NCBI GenBank assembly: GCA_010909165.1
Contig: MU008176.1
Location: forward strand, 674,856 to 738,855
Length of the DNA: 64,000 bases
Direction of reading: 5' to 3'
Origin: Anthoceros angustus
Lineage: Eukaryota > Plantae > Anthocerotophyta
Below are positions 36,060 through 48,255 of the stretch, in pieces. The position numbers and the translations under genes were made by a program. Every line of letters starts with the position of its first letter. The first letter of the stretch is position 1. Under the pieces are notes generated by a model, which had not been told where the DNA came from, did not search any database, and worked only from the letters and a program-made list of their open reading frames with translations.

Positions 36060-36440
36060 GGAGGGAGTTCTGTTCGTGTTACTCTTCCAGATGCGCGCCC
36101 CATACTATGTACAGTACTACATACCTAGTAGTAATGGCGGGACGTGTTACTCTTCCAGATGCGCGCTTCATACTATGTACATACTAGGTACATAGTAGTA
36201 AAGGCGTGACCCGTGGAGGGAGTTCTGTTCGTGTTACTCTTCCATATGCGCGCCCCATACTACTATGTACTACATAGTAGTAATGGCGTGACCCGTGGAG
36301 GGAGTTCTGTTCGTGTTACCCTTCCATATGCGCGCCCCGTATTGGTACGTAGTAGTAATGGCGGGGGCCCGCGGAGGGAGTGCTGTTATTGTTACTCTTC
36401 CACATGCGCGCCCTTCCTACAGAGTAGTAAGGGCGGGGAG
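36060..36440. repeat. Five-unit array (spacing 68-87 bp) with conserved core GTTACYCTTCCANATGCGCGC and variable, partly hairpin-forming inserts
   Basis: Cores at 36078, 36146, 36233, 36315 and 36391, each followed by a variable TAC/GTA-rich segment and AGTAGTAANGGCG. Confidence 0.9.
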
Positions 36441-36614
36441 CTGCGTAACGGAACGGGGCCCTTGGGTCTCTGACACGCGCGCGCTTGACCCGCGTCGTCG
36501 GGCCTCGGAAGGGGTGCGGGTTTTTGGTTTTACCACCCCCGCTGCAGGCAGCGGGCAGCGGGCAGCGGGTTTTGGGAGCCAGTTGCATGCGCGAATACTT
36601 CCCACGCTCTTTGT

Positions 36615-36890
36615 CGGAGCAGCTTTAATAACACTTGGGTACGGGCTGCCCATGAGTCTCCACATTCCCTCGCTGGGGGACGGACGGGAGACGAGAATAA
36701 GCGCCCGGGCTTTGGCTCCCCTGCCGCCGGCCCCACGGGAGCAGGCCTGGCTCGGAGCAGCTTTAATAGCACTCGGGTACGGGCTGCCCATGAGTCTCCA
36801 CTTTCCCTCGCCGGGGGACGGACGGGAGACGATAATAAGCGCCCGGGCTTTGGCTCCCCTGCCGCCGGTCCCACGGGAGCAGGCCTGGCT
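36615..36890. repeat. 138-bp tandem duplication (36615-36752, 36753-36890)
   Basis: CGGAGCAGCTTTAATA...GGAGCAGGCCTGGCT twice, with a few substitutions. Confidence 0.92.
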
Positions 36891-37626
36891 GGCCAGCTGT
36901 TGCGTCTGCCGCTACCCGCTCTCGAGAGGTGCAGGAGCAGGAGGTGCAGGAGGCGCGCCAGCCCGGGCTGGGCCGGGCCGGGCCGGGCAGGGCAGGGCAG
37001 GGCCTGACGAGGCCAGACGGACGCCATCTTTTCTCCTCCTGCGTGCGAGAGCGAAAGCGAAAGCGAGAGCCCAATGCGGGCTGGTTGTCGAGGAAGGAAG
37101 CCCCAGCCTCCATTCCTTCTGCGCTTCTCTCGATTCTCGCTCCCGGCTCGGCCTTCGCGCCTCCTGAGGGGCTCGCACATGCGGCTTCGCCTCTGGAGGA
37201 TGAGCTGCTTGGCCGGGCCTGCGTGACCTGTGGCGTCGGGGCCTGAGCTTCCTTCCTTCTTGCATTCCTCCCTTCCCCCGCTCTCCTGGATTTCTGCCCC
37301 GGGGAATGCTGCTGCCGCTGCGACAGCAGCGGCTGCAGGTGGGCTTTCCCTTTTCCCTTCCCGCCCCCGGCTCCGAGCTTCAGGCCTGCTGGGCCGGATT
37401 CACGTTCCGGGCGCCTGGATTTCTGCGCTTCCGGCCAGGTAGTTCATCGCCCTGCTTCGCAGAATGTAGCTCAGGAGTGTTGTCGCTTCTGCTGCGGCTG
37501 CATCTCTTCTTGGCTGGGTGCTTGGGGCTCTGTTTTGTGAAGGGTGGGGGCGGGTCTGCATGCGGCAGGGCAGGGGTGGGACATGGCGGGAATTTAGTGC
37601 TCGTGTGAGGAAGGCGAGTCAAGGCG

Positions 37627-40600
37627 ATGGCGAGGTGCTGGTTTGTCCGGCGGGTTTTGCCGGGGCTGCTGGCGGCGGTGGCGCTGCTGGCTGCTGCCGT
37701 TTGTGTTGATGCGGATGCTTCGTCGGACATGAATGTGCTGCTGGATTTCAAGGCGGGTCTGCAAAACGATTCTGCGCTGGCGAATTGGGATGCTTCCGCG
37801 CCGCTGTGCGAGTGGTTCGGGGTGAGTTGCGGGCCTGGAGGCGGCGTCACTGGGCTCGACCTCAGCAGCGCCGATATCGCTGGTGTTGTGGATGGTCGCC
37901 TGTGCGACATTCCGGGGCTGGAGGTTCTCCATCTGGACGACAATTACTTGGGGGGAGGCTTTCCCGAGGGGCTTTTCAACTGCACCAATTTGGTGTCGCT
38001 CAACTTCAGCCAGAACCTTTTTGCAGGCCCGCTGCCGGATGGGTTCACCAGGCTGAGCAAGCTGGAGGTGCTGGATCTCTCCTACTGCAACTTCAATGGG
38101 AGCATTCCAGCTTCCATTGGCGGCCTTCCGGAGCTTTCGTTTCTCGACCTGTCTGCCAACGGGTTTACGGACGGAGGCATTCCTGCTGCTTTCGGCAATC
38201 TCTCCAGTGTCCAGTACCTGCATGTGGCGTGGAATTATGTTCTGGAGGGTCCCTTTCTTGCGGATTTCCGGGGGGTGCCGAGCCTGGTGTCCTTCCAGGC
38301 GCAGCAGTGTCTGCTCTCCGGCAACCTATCCGACAGCATTGGACTGCTCACCAACCTCTCGTATTTCGACGTGTCCAACAACAGTCTCACGGGGGAGATA
38401 CCGCAGTCGATTGTTGGGTTGTCCAATCTTGCCTTCTTCGATGTAGCGGACAACCAGCTGGTGGGTGGTATTCCGAGCGGCGTCTCCAACCTTAGGAGCT
38501 TGACGCATTTCTTCCTGTACAACAACCAGCTCACGGGGCCGCTGCCGTCTGGTTTCGGGGCCCTGCCGAACTTGTTCTCCTTCGACGTCAGCAGCAATTC
38601 CTTGGAGGGCATCATTCCTGGGGATCTGGTGAATTGCAAGCAGCTCGCCTTGTTCCACATCCAGCTTAACAATTTCTCAGGGCCGATACCGGATGGCTTC
38701 GCCGACCTTCCGCTTCTGCAGGAGTTTGTCGTGTTCAACAACCAGCTCAACGGCAGCTTGCCTGCGCGTTTGGGAGACAACGCCAACCTCACGCGGATTG
38801 ATGTTTCCACGAACTTCCTCTCGGGAGCTGTTCCCCCGAACCTTTGCAACGGAGGGGTCTTGGATGAGTTGGAGCTCTTCTCTAATTCGTTCAATGGAAG
38901 CTTGCCGGATACATATGGCAGCTGCAACAGCCTTAGGAGAATGCGGATCCACAACAATTCGTTCTCAGGCCCGTTTCCCCTCGGAATATGGAGCAATCCG
39001 GTTCTCGAGTATTTGGAGATCTCCTACAACCTGTTTTCGGGGAGCATTCCTCCGGAGATCCGGAAGGCTTCCAGCTTGAGGACAGTGAGGATGAGTTACA
39101 ACATGTTCAGTGACGCTATTCCTGCCGAGATCAGTCAGGTCGATTTGGCGGTCCTTGAAGCAAGTTTTAACCAGCTGGGGGGGCCGATCCCCAGTACCAT
39201 TGGGAACATGGCGAATCTGACGAGTCTCCTTCTCAAAGCGAACCGAATTTCAGGTTCTATTCCTGCCGACCTCGGCCGCTGTCATTCCCTTGCCAGTCTT
39301 GACCTCTCAAACAATCAGCTGTCTGGGGACATTCCATCTTCCCTTGCGGAGTTGGCCTCGCTGAGCCTTCTGGATGTCTCTAACAACCGGCTGAGTGGAC
39401 AGCTTCCCCCCGAGTTTGGGCAAGGGACTGTGATCAGCTCGTTCAATTTTTCCTACAATTCCTTCTCCGGCTCTCTGCCGCCAGCGTTCAGGAGCGGCGC
39501 CTTTGCAGATAGCTTTCTGGGCAATCCAGATTTGTGTGGATCAGGTCTGCCGACACAGCGGCCCTGCATGAAGTCCGGAAGAAACGTCGCGGTGCCCTGG
39601 GTTGTGGGTGGGACTTTCATCGCGGCTGCCGTGCTCTTCATCCTCAGCTCCTGTTGGTTCTACCGCAAGTACTCGAAGCATCAGAGGAGCGTGCGGCAGA
39701 GGGATGCAGGTCCCTGGAGGCTGAAGTCATTCCAGAAAGTTGGCTTCTCCGAGGCTGATGTTCTGGCAAGCTTGGATGAAGACAATGTCATTGGAGAGGG
39801 AGGAGCCGGCAAAGTGTACAGGGCTTCGTTGCCAGATGGTCAGGTGGTGGCAGTGAAGAAGCTGTGGACCAATGTGAAAGGTCCAGGCACTCGAAATGAC
39901 AACGGTTTCAAAGCTGAGGTTGAGACGTTAGGCAAGATCCGGCATCGGAACATTGTGAAGCTGCTATGCTGCTGCTCCAACAAGGAGTCTAATTTGCTGG
40001 TGTACGAGTATATGGAGAACGGCAGCCTGGGGGAACTCCTGCACAGCAAGAAGTCCATTCTTCTCGACTGGGCCAGCCGGTTCAAGATTGCTCTCGGATC
40101 TGCCCAGGGCCTTGCTTACTTGCACCATGACTGTATCCCCCAAATCCTGCATCGAGATGTGAAGTCCAACAACATCTTGCTGGATGAAGACTTCGAACCA
40201 CATGTTGCTGATTTCGGGCTGGCAAAGATTCTGGAGAAGTTCTCGAGGGGTGACTCCATGTCTGTCGTGGCTGGCTCCTATGGCTACATCGCACCAGGTA
40301 TGTTCTCCCTCCCCGCTGACATACCCTGCATGCAACTTGCCATCACTTCTTTGATGATCTCTCATGGGTGTCATTGTTTTGTATGCAGAGTATGGGTACA
40401 CATTGAAAGTCAGTGAGAAGAGCGACATTTACAGTTTTGGGGTAGTGCTTCTGGAGCTAGTCACAGGGAAGCGGCCCATCGAACCAGAATTCGGCGACGG
40501 TGTGGACCTGGTGAAGTGGGTGTCTAGCAAGATCCACAGCAAGGAAGGATTACCTGACATCCTAGACCCCAGACTTGGCGGAGCATCTCAAGATGGCATG

Positions 40601-40816
40601 GTCCGCGTGCTCATGCTCGCTCTGAGATGCACGGATCCGAACCCAGCACAGCGCCCGACCATGCAGCAGGTTGTGGAGTATCTCCGTCAAGCCAACCCCA
40701 AGCAGTCAGTAAAAGGTGTCAAGGATTGGAAAGACTGTGAGAAGGAGTTCGGCCGAACGGACTCCACCCCCTTGGATGCGGATGCTTGCCTAGACGTGAA
40801 GCTCCTTGTTAAATAG
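37627..40816 (+). CDS. LRR receptor-like kinase, subfamily XI, HAESA/HSL-like; exons 37627-40297 and 40389-40816, ~1032 aa
   Basis: Signal peptide, LRRNT (W...PLCEWFGVSC), many plant LxxLxxLDLSxNxLSGxIP repeats, GNPDLCG cap, TM helix, WRLKSFQKVGFSE juxtamembrane motif, kinase with HRDVKSNN, DFG and APE split by a 91-bp GT-AG intron at the conserved position. Confidence 0.95.
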
Positions 40817-42323
40817 ATAGTAATCATCAGGACTACCTGTAACCCACCTACTTATTTAGACTAGGTCCCTACAACAACTTCAGCTCCATCCACGCTAGCT
40901 TGGATCTAGTTGTAAATGTTTTTCAGGCACATAGAAAGACATCGTACTGCGGAACCGTTTTGTTGAAGCCACCTACTGTAGACTCCAGTACGTGTCGTGT
41001 GAACCGTTACCATGCACATGAAAAGGCATTACAACCACATTACTGCGGCTGTAAGATGCCGCCCACCATTCCCTTGATAATGCAGGTGGTGCTTCGAAGA
41101 GACACGAGGACATAACGGAACCCACTCGCGAGCTTGGTGGGTGCAGGATTGCAGGTGTGGAGTATCACGGACTCCATGAGCCCGCACTCCTGCAGCAACA
41201 ATCATAAGTTGTACTAGCCATCTAGATAGCTCGGGAATGTTGAGCCCTGAGCGCAAGTAATGCAGACTGTCAGGATACGCTGGACTCTCCATTCTGTGGA
41301 CTGTTATGGATGACGGGGCCCTGTCACCAGGCTGTTGCGGGCGAGAAAGTGGCCTGACACCGGACAGCATGGGCCGATGGGCCCGCCTCTGCCCACGCAA
41401 AAGACACACTTCTTCAATGCGCCTGTCCAGTGGCACATTATTTTGGTGCTGCAATGGATGTACAGTAGTACATCCCGCGTGGAGCCATCACATGGGCTCT
41501 GTAAAAGCGGCTGCATCTCCTGCCAAACCATGATAAATGCGAAACCGCGGCGGCTCGTTCCGGAACCCGGAACGGAACGGAACAGGGCTCGGCCTCTTCT
41601 CTAACGTAGCGCTCAACGTAATTTCTAGAAACAGAACAGTTACATCTCACAATAATAATATTTGATATATGTATGGAGTGGAGCAAATGTGTCAGGCGTG
41701 CCAGGCTAGTTTGAATCCAGCCTACATTATGAAGGTGGAATGGAGACTTTGTTATGAAAAAGAGATGGGAAAAATTCATCTACCCCGAGACAAGGGGGAA
41801 CAACTCCGTAAGAGAGCACCATACCATGGGGACTAACTCCCATAATTGCCCGTTTTGTAGCAAAATCGGGATAGGAAAGGGCCTACCTACCACCAGTGTC
41901 ATGCCGCCTCACCTACGCTTCCCGTCGTCTTACACACGGCGTTAGCCGACGCCCGCTTGAGGGTGATGGGCTTCCGTGATGAAGTGGTGCGAGAAGTGGC
42001 AGGGCAGAGGAGAGCCCTCTTTCCCTCTTCCCCTCTCCCCCTCTTCCCTCTTCGGGGCCTGCCAGCGCTATGTGCATATCCCGTTCCGACACAACTGGAA
42101 GATCTCGCTGCGGATCTCTCTCGCTGCCGCACTTCGTCTCCGGTACAGTCTTGTATTGCTTTAAATGTGATCTCCCACCCGTTCGGTCCGCTGACGGAAT
42201 CCGATGCAGATGTGCGTACATACATTTTGCTTTTTCCCTCGTCTCATGTGTCTGGGGACGGCAGTGGCAATTGCCTTCCGCTATGTGTGTAGACTGTCCG
42301 CCTCACACGAATGCCGTGAGGTA

Positions 42324-44631
42324 TCAGAGCCTGAAGTCTATCCAGTAGGGATCGATTGCCTCAGGGACGTCTCTCTCCTCGTCAGGGAACTCGTCCAGGA
42401 ACGTGGCCATGGTGGTGGCTGCCTCCACGTACATGCGGTACTTGGCGGTAGTCAGGTCACCCACCTCCATGGCTTCCTCATTACCCGAGGTGCACGCCTC
42501 TGGAGAGAACCTCTCTTTGTCCCCCCGCAAAGCGACAGTGACACACCCGTTGCACGGAATGATGAGATCCTTAACCGTGGGCTTGGTGGTCCACTCGCCT
42601 GTATTCCAGTCTAGGTCATACAATGGCAGGAAACGCTGGCCGTGCTCGGCCACAAACTCTATGGCGGACAGTAGGAACTCGAACTCGTCCTCGGTTATGT
42701 AGTAGCCGAAGGAGAGCCTCGCCCACCCGGGCTTCATAGCACCGTAGCCCTGCGAGTGACCCAAAACATCAGCAGCCCGTATTCCATCCGACGTATGACA
42801 GGAAGCTGTTCAACTTGACAGAAATGGCAGTGTCACAGACCTTGGCAACGACAGCATGCTCGATGGCCGATGACCGCTCCGGATCGATGCCAAGAAGATA
42901 GAGCCCGTAAGGCCCCGCACAGGAGCAGCCGCCTCTGGCCTGGATCCCGAACAGGTCGTTCAGGAGCTTCACCACAAACCGGCAGTGCAGAAGCTTTCCT
43001 ACTCGGGCTAGGCCGGGCCTTGCAAGCACTCGTTGCTGGACGCTGCGAGTTCGGGAGACAGGGTCTCGGGAACGGACAGTGAAGGAGAGGATGGCACAGC
43101 GCTTCACTTCTGTGTTGCCCAGGATGTGGATGTAGGGGTTCCTTTGCAGTCTCTGGATGGCGGTTGTGATGAAGTGCTGCTCCCGCCGTTCGATGAGGTC
43201 GTGCCCCATGAGCTCCTTCACCCAGAAGGTCAGAGCTGCTCTCACTTTCTGGATGATGGGCGGCGTGCCCGCATCCTCCCTCGCTTCCACATCCTCTATG
43301 TACACCTGTCGCTGCTGGTCCACGAATTGCACGGTGCCACCTCCGCAGGTGGAAGGAGCTGTGTCCTTGAGGAGGTAGAGCTCCTTGCTCATGAGCAGAA
43401 CGCCGGGGCAGCCGGGCCCGCCCATGAACTTGTGGGGGCTCAGCACCACGGCGTCATAGCCGTCCAGGCGACCAGCTCGCATGTCGATGTTCACGTAGGG
43501 GCCGCTGAAGAGAACATGGGAACAGTGGATGCATGGATCAGCAACAGGAATGGATGGCAGAATGGATGTTGCTTTCGAGGATGCAGTTGAGGGAAGCATG
43601 CCTGCCTGGCAGCAAAGTCGAAGCAGGCGAAGGCACCGTTCTGGTGCAGAAGGCGGGCTATGGCTCGGGTGTCGGTGAGCATGCCCGTCACGTTGCTGGC
43701 GGCAGAGAAGGAGCCCAGCTTGGGCCTGTCTCTGTACTTGGGGTTGGCCAGAGCTGCCCTCAGCTTCCTCATGTCCACGCCACTCCCGTCCCCTCTGAGA
43801 GGAATCTCCACCACCTGGAAGATCATCACAATCAGCTCACTTCACATGGTATGGTAAGTTCACAGCATAGTGCAGAGAGACAGGGCAGAGCATGCTAGCG
43901 ACCTCGGCCAAGCTCTCCCTCCATGACAAGAGATTGGAGTGGTGCTCATACGGTCCCACAAACACCACCCACTTCTCCTCATCGTCCAGCATCCTCAGCA
44001 CCCGGGTCCTGAGAAAGGCCGGTACCACAATCCCTAGGCATTCCTGAAGCCGCTTCAGCGCAGCGGTGGTGCCAGTTCCGCAGAAGAAGATGGCTTCCTC
44101 CTCTGTCCCTCCCAGGCAGCGCTTGATGAACTGCCCTGCCTCCTGCACAGCGTGCCCCGTTATCTTCCCCACATGGCTGTCTTCCGTGTGAGTGTTGCCT
44201 GAAACCCAACAGCGCAGCCCGTCAGCAAAGCCGACCCCCTCATCAGAACTGTGAAAGCACACACACACAGCCCTTCCCCTGCAACACGCACCGTAGAAGG
44301 GCAGAAGGGCCTGGGCGATGATGTTCTCGATGTGGATCAGAGGCTGCCCCGACGCCGTGTGGTCCGCGTACGTTAGCAGCCGGGAGGTTCCGAACTCGGT
44401 GACGAATTCGACGATGCGCCCTGGAATCTGCGACCGCATCCACTCGCACTTCTCTTCCTCACTCGGAACCACTTTCTTCCACAAATCGGGCAACACATTC
44501 TCGGCACCCAGCCTTCCCAGGGCGACCTGGAGCGGTGTTGGCGTCTTCTCGCTCTGGCCTAACCCTGCCTTTCTCAGATCCCGAGTCTCAGCAGCAGCTA
44601 GACTAAAAGAATCCCACCTGCTATTTCCCAT
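42324..44631 (-). CDS. Class-V aminotransferase / probable cysteine desulfurase-like protein; exons 44631-44292, 44198-43903, 43814-43606, 43504-42841, 42749-42324, 644 aa
   Basis: Motifs YADHTASG, PFYGNTHTE, GPYEHHSNLLSWRE, FSAASNVTG, DFAASGPYV, LSPHKFMGGPG, GIQARGGCSCAGPYG and KPGWARLSF. Spliced length 1935 nt is in frame. Confidence 0.92.
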
Positions 44632-45591
44632 CGGTTAGTGCCCACTGCCGAGCTTTGCCTCTCACTCCCATTACAGTGTACAAAGCGCGGGCCTGGCTTG
44701 CACGGAATTTGCGCTCTCCTCCTGCCGGTTCATCTGCTCCGATGTTCTTCAACTGCAGATTAGAAAGGTTGACAGTTCGACTGGACTGCCGGGTTCCAAG
44801 AAGCATACCCCTGATCCTACGCTTGGCTGAGAGCAGCCCAAGCCAAATGGGTGGGGGTGATTGGCCCACGAAGAGGTCAACGCGCAGAATTCGATTTCCG
44901 GTTTTGGTATGACGTGCGGAATGCGACCACTGTACAAGAAAAGTTCGATGAGGCAGTGGCTGAGAAGAGCCGGCCTCCGACAAACGCAGTGCAGCTCAAC
45001 AGTACTCCAGCTCATCGATCCTCGGATATGCGCACCTCCGAGCTCTGGGACAAGCTGACACCCTTTATTGGAGTGGCATAACACAACTGAGAGTGAGATC
45101 ACATCTCCGGAATCCTTTAAGAGTTTTTTATCCAGCCCAGTTGCTCTTTCCATGTTATATTGCTTCCTGCAAGAGGAGCACAAGATTCTCATCTGTCTGG
45201 TATGCACAGATTTCGGAAGCCTCCGATAGGACTTCGTCACCACATCCCGGTTCATGATCTCGATGAGGCATCTGACAGTCTGCAGCAGCCAGCCAGCCAA
45301 CCAGCCAGCTCCGTGCAGTAGACTGTGGGGCTTCCACGGGGCAAACAGCAATCCTGAAACGAGGCAGCCCAAAATGCAGTGCATGAGTTCAAGGATCATC
45401 AACCTAATCAGATCATCAACACATCATTGTTGCAACCCACAAAGAGGCCATCCATGAAGACACTCACCTCGAGTCTTCGTTCATCCAAGGGGCTTCTCCA
45501 TAGCCGAGCGAGCTGCTTGCAAGATGTGCAAAAGAATACTATCCATATAACTCTCGTTGTCCAGCATGGTACAGGTCCCCAGCATGTCAAT

Positions 45592-47445
45592 TCAGCCGTT
45601 GCCTCTGTACGACGGCGAGTAGACTGTAAAGGAGTAGAAGGCAGCCGCAGTGCCGCAAGTGAGAAGCAGCATGGCAGCCCAAGCAGTCACGAACGTGGCC
45701 AGCAAAAGCCAGTTCACATGCTTCCTGCTGTCCGCCAACCCGACGCCCACGAGCGCTCCGATAAGAATGTGGGTGGTGGAGAGGGGAAGCCGCACCTTCA
45801 AGGCCAGCAGCACGGTGGCCAGGGCAGAGATCTGCGCGCTGAACCCCCTGGCCGGGGAGAGGTAGATGAGGCGGCCCCCGACGGAACGGATGATCTTCCA
45901 CCCCCAGACGGCGAAGCCAACACTAGCCCCGGCCCCGCCCAGCAACAGCAGCCACGGCACCAGCGACCCCTTGCCGGCTCCATCTGCAGTGCTGTGGCTG
46001 TAGATACCCACCACCGCCGCGTACGGCCCCATCGCCCACGCCAGCTCGTTGGATCCGTGCGCCAAGGCCGACGCGCACGCCGTCAGGATTTGCAGAAAGC
46101 TGAAGAGCTCTTCCGCCTGGGCGTCGAACTTCTCCGCCAAAGCGTGCCTGACGAGAGTGTGCCGGTCGTAGGTCAGCCTGCGACTGTAGGTCGCCGTCCG
46201 CAGCCGCAGCAGCGACCGCATGAACTTCTCCCTCCCCGTCAGCGGTGGCTTCCGCCGCATCTTATGGAAGCTCAGCAGCCGGTTCGGGGTGCTGGCCAGG
46301 AGCTGGCCGAAGGACAGCTTGGGGTTCTCGGGGGCAGCCGGCGCCATGGCCGGGCTGCTGCTGCTCTTGCTTTTGTAGTGCAGGCTGAAGTCCGAGCTCT
46401 GCTCCTCCTCGTCCCCTTCCACCACCGTGGCCAACATCTTCCGCTCCGTGAACTGCTGGATCAGCTCCTCCGGGCTCAGTTCCTGTTCCCCCTTCCCGCC
46501 ATCCTGGTCCTGCCCCTGCTCCTCCTGTTGCTGCTCGGGGTCGAAGCTAGGGTTTCTGGTGCTAGAGATTCTACTACTCCCCTCCCCGTCCGAGGGCATG
46601 GCCAGCGCCCTCTCGGAGGAGGAGGCGGAGTCGAAGCATCCCAGCCTTCTCTGCGCCATCGGCACCACGATGAGGTATGCGAGCACGCTGGCCAGGCACC
46701 CCGACAGGCCCGCGATCATGGACGCCCGGCGGGGGTCCAAGTCCCCCAAGTGCACCCTCGGGCAGGCCCGGTAGATGACGAAGTAGATGAGCACGGCGAC
46801 GGTGACCCCGTAGTAGATGGGCATGGCTCTCAGGCTGCGCTCCACGCAGTGCTGCGCGCGGAGGACCAGGTGCTTGGTGGCGCCGAAGACGAGGAAGGCG
46901 ATGGCGGCGGCGATGCAGGGGGCCAGGATCCAGGACAGGACGATGGAGAGCACTCCTCCCAAACCTAACGCCGAATCCGACTCCGCCTTGTCCTTGCTCC
47001 AGTACACGGATTTCACCCCGCTCACGGAGAGCAGGACCCCGATCACGGCGCCCCATGCGGCGACGGTGGAGGATACCGGAAGCTCCCAGTGCGCGGCAGC
47101 GGCCAGCCATGCGGCTCCCACAATGAGGCAGATGAAGAGCCCCCACATGAGCAGAGCATCGTCCTGCCCCGGGGGCTTGTGCCGCATCACTCTCGCCAGC
47201 AGAGTGTCCCATTCCCGTATGCCCAGGAGGTACGCCCCACTGATCTCCAGCAGGGAGGCCAGCAGCACGGCTTGCGGAAGGGTGAGCGCGCCCGAGCCCA
47301 CGGCCGGGGCGAAGGAGAGCGGGACGTCCACCGCCCCCACGGCCATGGCCCAGGCCACGGCCACGAATCCTCCGGCGATGGGAATCCAACTGTAGGTGGA
47401 GGCCAGGTGCCCCGTCGCAGCTGCTGCATCGGGAGACAAATCCAT
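45592..47445 (-). CDS. PiT/PHO4-family (PTB-type) phosphate transporter-like protein, single exon, 617 aa
   Basis: Two PHO4 half-domains (GAVDV..AVGSGALT, LPVSST; HGSNE..AMGP, LPLSTTH) separated by a long hydrophilic loop. No evident plastid transit peptide, unlike PHT2;1. Confidence 0.88.
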   Translation of the reverse strand: MDLSPDAAAATGHLASTYSWIPIAGGFVAVAWAMAVGAVDVPLSFAPAVGSGALTLPQAVLLASLLEISGAYLLGIREWDTLLARVMRHKPPGQDDALLMWGLFICLIVGAAWLAAAAHWELPVSSTVAAWGAVIGVLLSVSGVKSVYWSKDKAESDSALGLGGVLSIVLSWILAPCIAAAIAFLVFGATKHLVLRAQHCVERSLRAMPIYYGVTVAVLIYFVIYRACPRVHLGDLDPRRASMIAGLSGCLASVLAYLIVVPMAQRRLGCFDSASSSERALAMPSDGEGSSRISSTRNPSFDPEQQQEEQGQDQDGGKGEQELSPEELIQQFTERKMLATVVEGDEEEQSSDFSLHYKSKSSSSPAMAPAAPENPKLSFGQLLASTPNRLLSFHKMRRKPPLTGREKFMRSLLRLRTATYSRRLTYDRHTLVRHALAEKFDAQAEELFSFLQILTACASALAHGSNELAWAMGPYAAVVGIYSHSTADGAGKGSLVPWLLLLGGAGASVGFAVWGWKIIRSVGGRLIYLSPARGFSAQISALATVLLALKVRLPLSTTHILIGALVGVGLADSRKHVNWLLLATFVTAWAAMLLLTCGTAAAFYSFTVYSPSYRGNG

Positions 47446-47832
47446 CTGCCTCGTGCTGCATATAGCCTACGATCTGCTCCTGCTGCTGCTGCGGCCTCGC
47501 GATCGCCCCCTCCGATCCGTGGATGGATTCACCTATGGATGGCGGATGGATGAGCCGATGGGTGGATGAGCGACGGGCAAATCGGATCTGTCAGTGAATC
47601 CCAGTGCCCGAGCTGGAGATGGAGGTGGCGGGCAGATTGCAGCGCCTCCAGCATCGCCTTGTCGAGGCCCGGGGCCGGCAATCCTCAGACCCCCGTGCCA
47701 CATCCATCCACAGGGGAAACACGCTTTCTGCCCGCCCGGTCAAACATTGGGGTGCACTGTACGCCAGGGTGACCTAATGCTGGCCATGCCATGAAGGCCT
47801 AGCCGTTTTCCATGGCGATGTCGCGGGTAACA

Positions 47833-47840
47833 GCATATTC
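47833..47840. promoter_or_regulatory. P1BS (PHR1-binding, GNATATNC) consensus GCATATTC, ~390 bp upstream of the transporter ATG
   Basis: Exact consensus match; short motif that could be chance. Confidence 0.45.
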
Positions 47841-48255
47841 TGCTCATTCCTTCCTTTGTCGCTTCCGGCAGCCGGCTCATGATAATCGCCTCGCCCGCTT
47901 CACCTCTCGCCTCGGCCCGCTCGTAATTCGTTTCGTTCCTTGCAACTTCGCTCGCCCACATTTACTTCTTACATCGGTATACGTTTGTTATGTCATGACT
48001 TGTGATTGGAAGAGATCGCTCGAGCGTAACGTTTTCTTTAATGCAACGAGGCTTCATTGGAGCTCCAAAAGGGGAGGGGACAAAAGCCCCACAAAGACAG
48101 CCACACACCCCGAAACGAAAACGGGCCTCAGTCAGCACATCATTGCCGTGTCTTTGTAGCATCCCCTCAGGCAGACTTGGGAAATGGGCAGAAGGTGGCG
48201 CTATGCTGCTGTGTGCCTTCAGCCCTGAGGTTATATTGCCTTACAAACTCAATGC

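Noticed and set aside
36060-36440. CRISPR array
   Set aside because: Eukaryotic context, no cas genes, degenerate repeats and spacers related to each other; reported instead as an unusual repeat.
37594-38996. Alternative-frame and antisense ORFs over the LRR-RLK (37594-38223, 37785-38495, 38235-38996)
   Set aside because: Shadow ORFs of a GC-rich coding exon.
40900-42300. ORFs between the RLK and the desulfurase-like gene (e.g. 41029-41454)
   Set aside because: Short, with no recognisable motifs or convincing splice structure.
45379-46968. 529-aa plus-strand ORF
   Set aside because: Antisense shadow of the GC3-rich transporter gene; no ATG-supported domain or motif.
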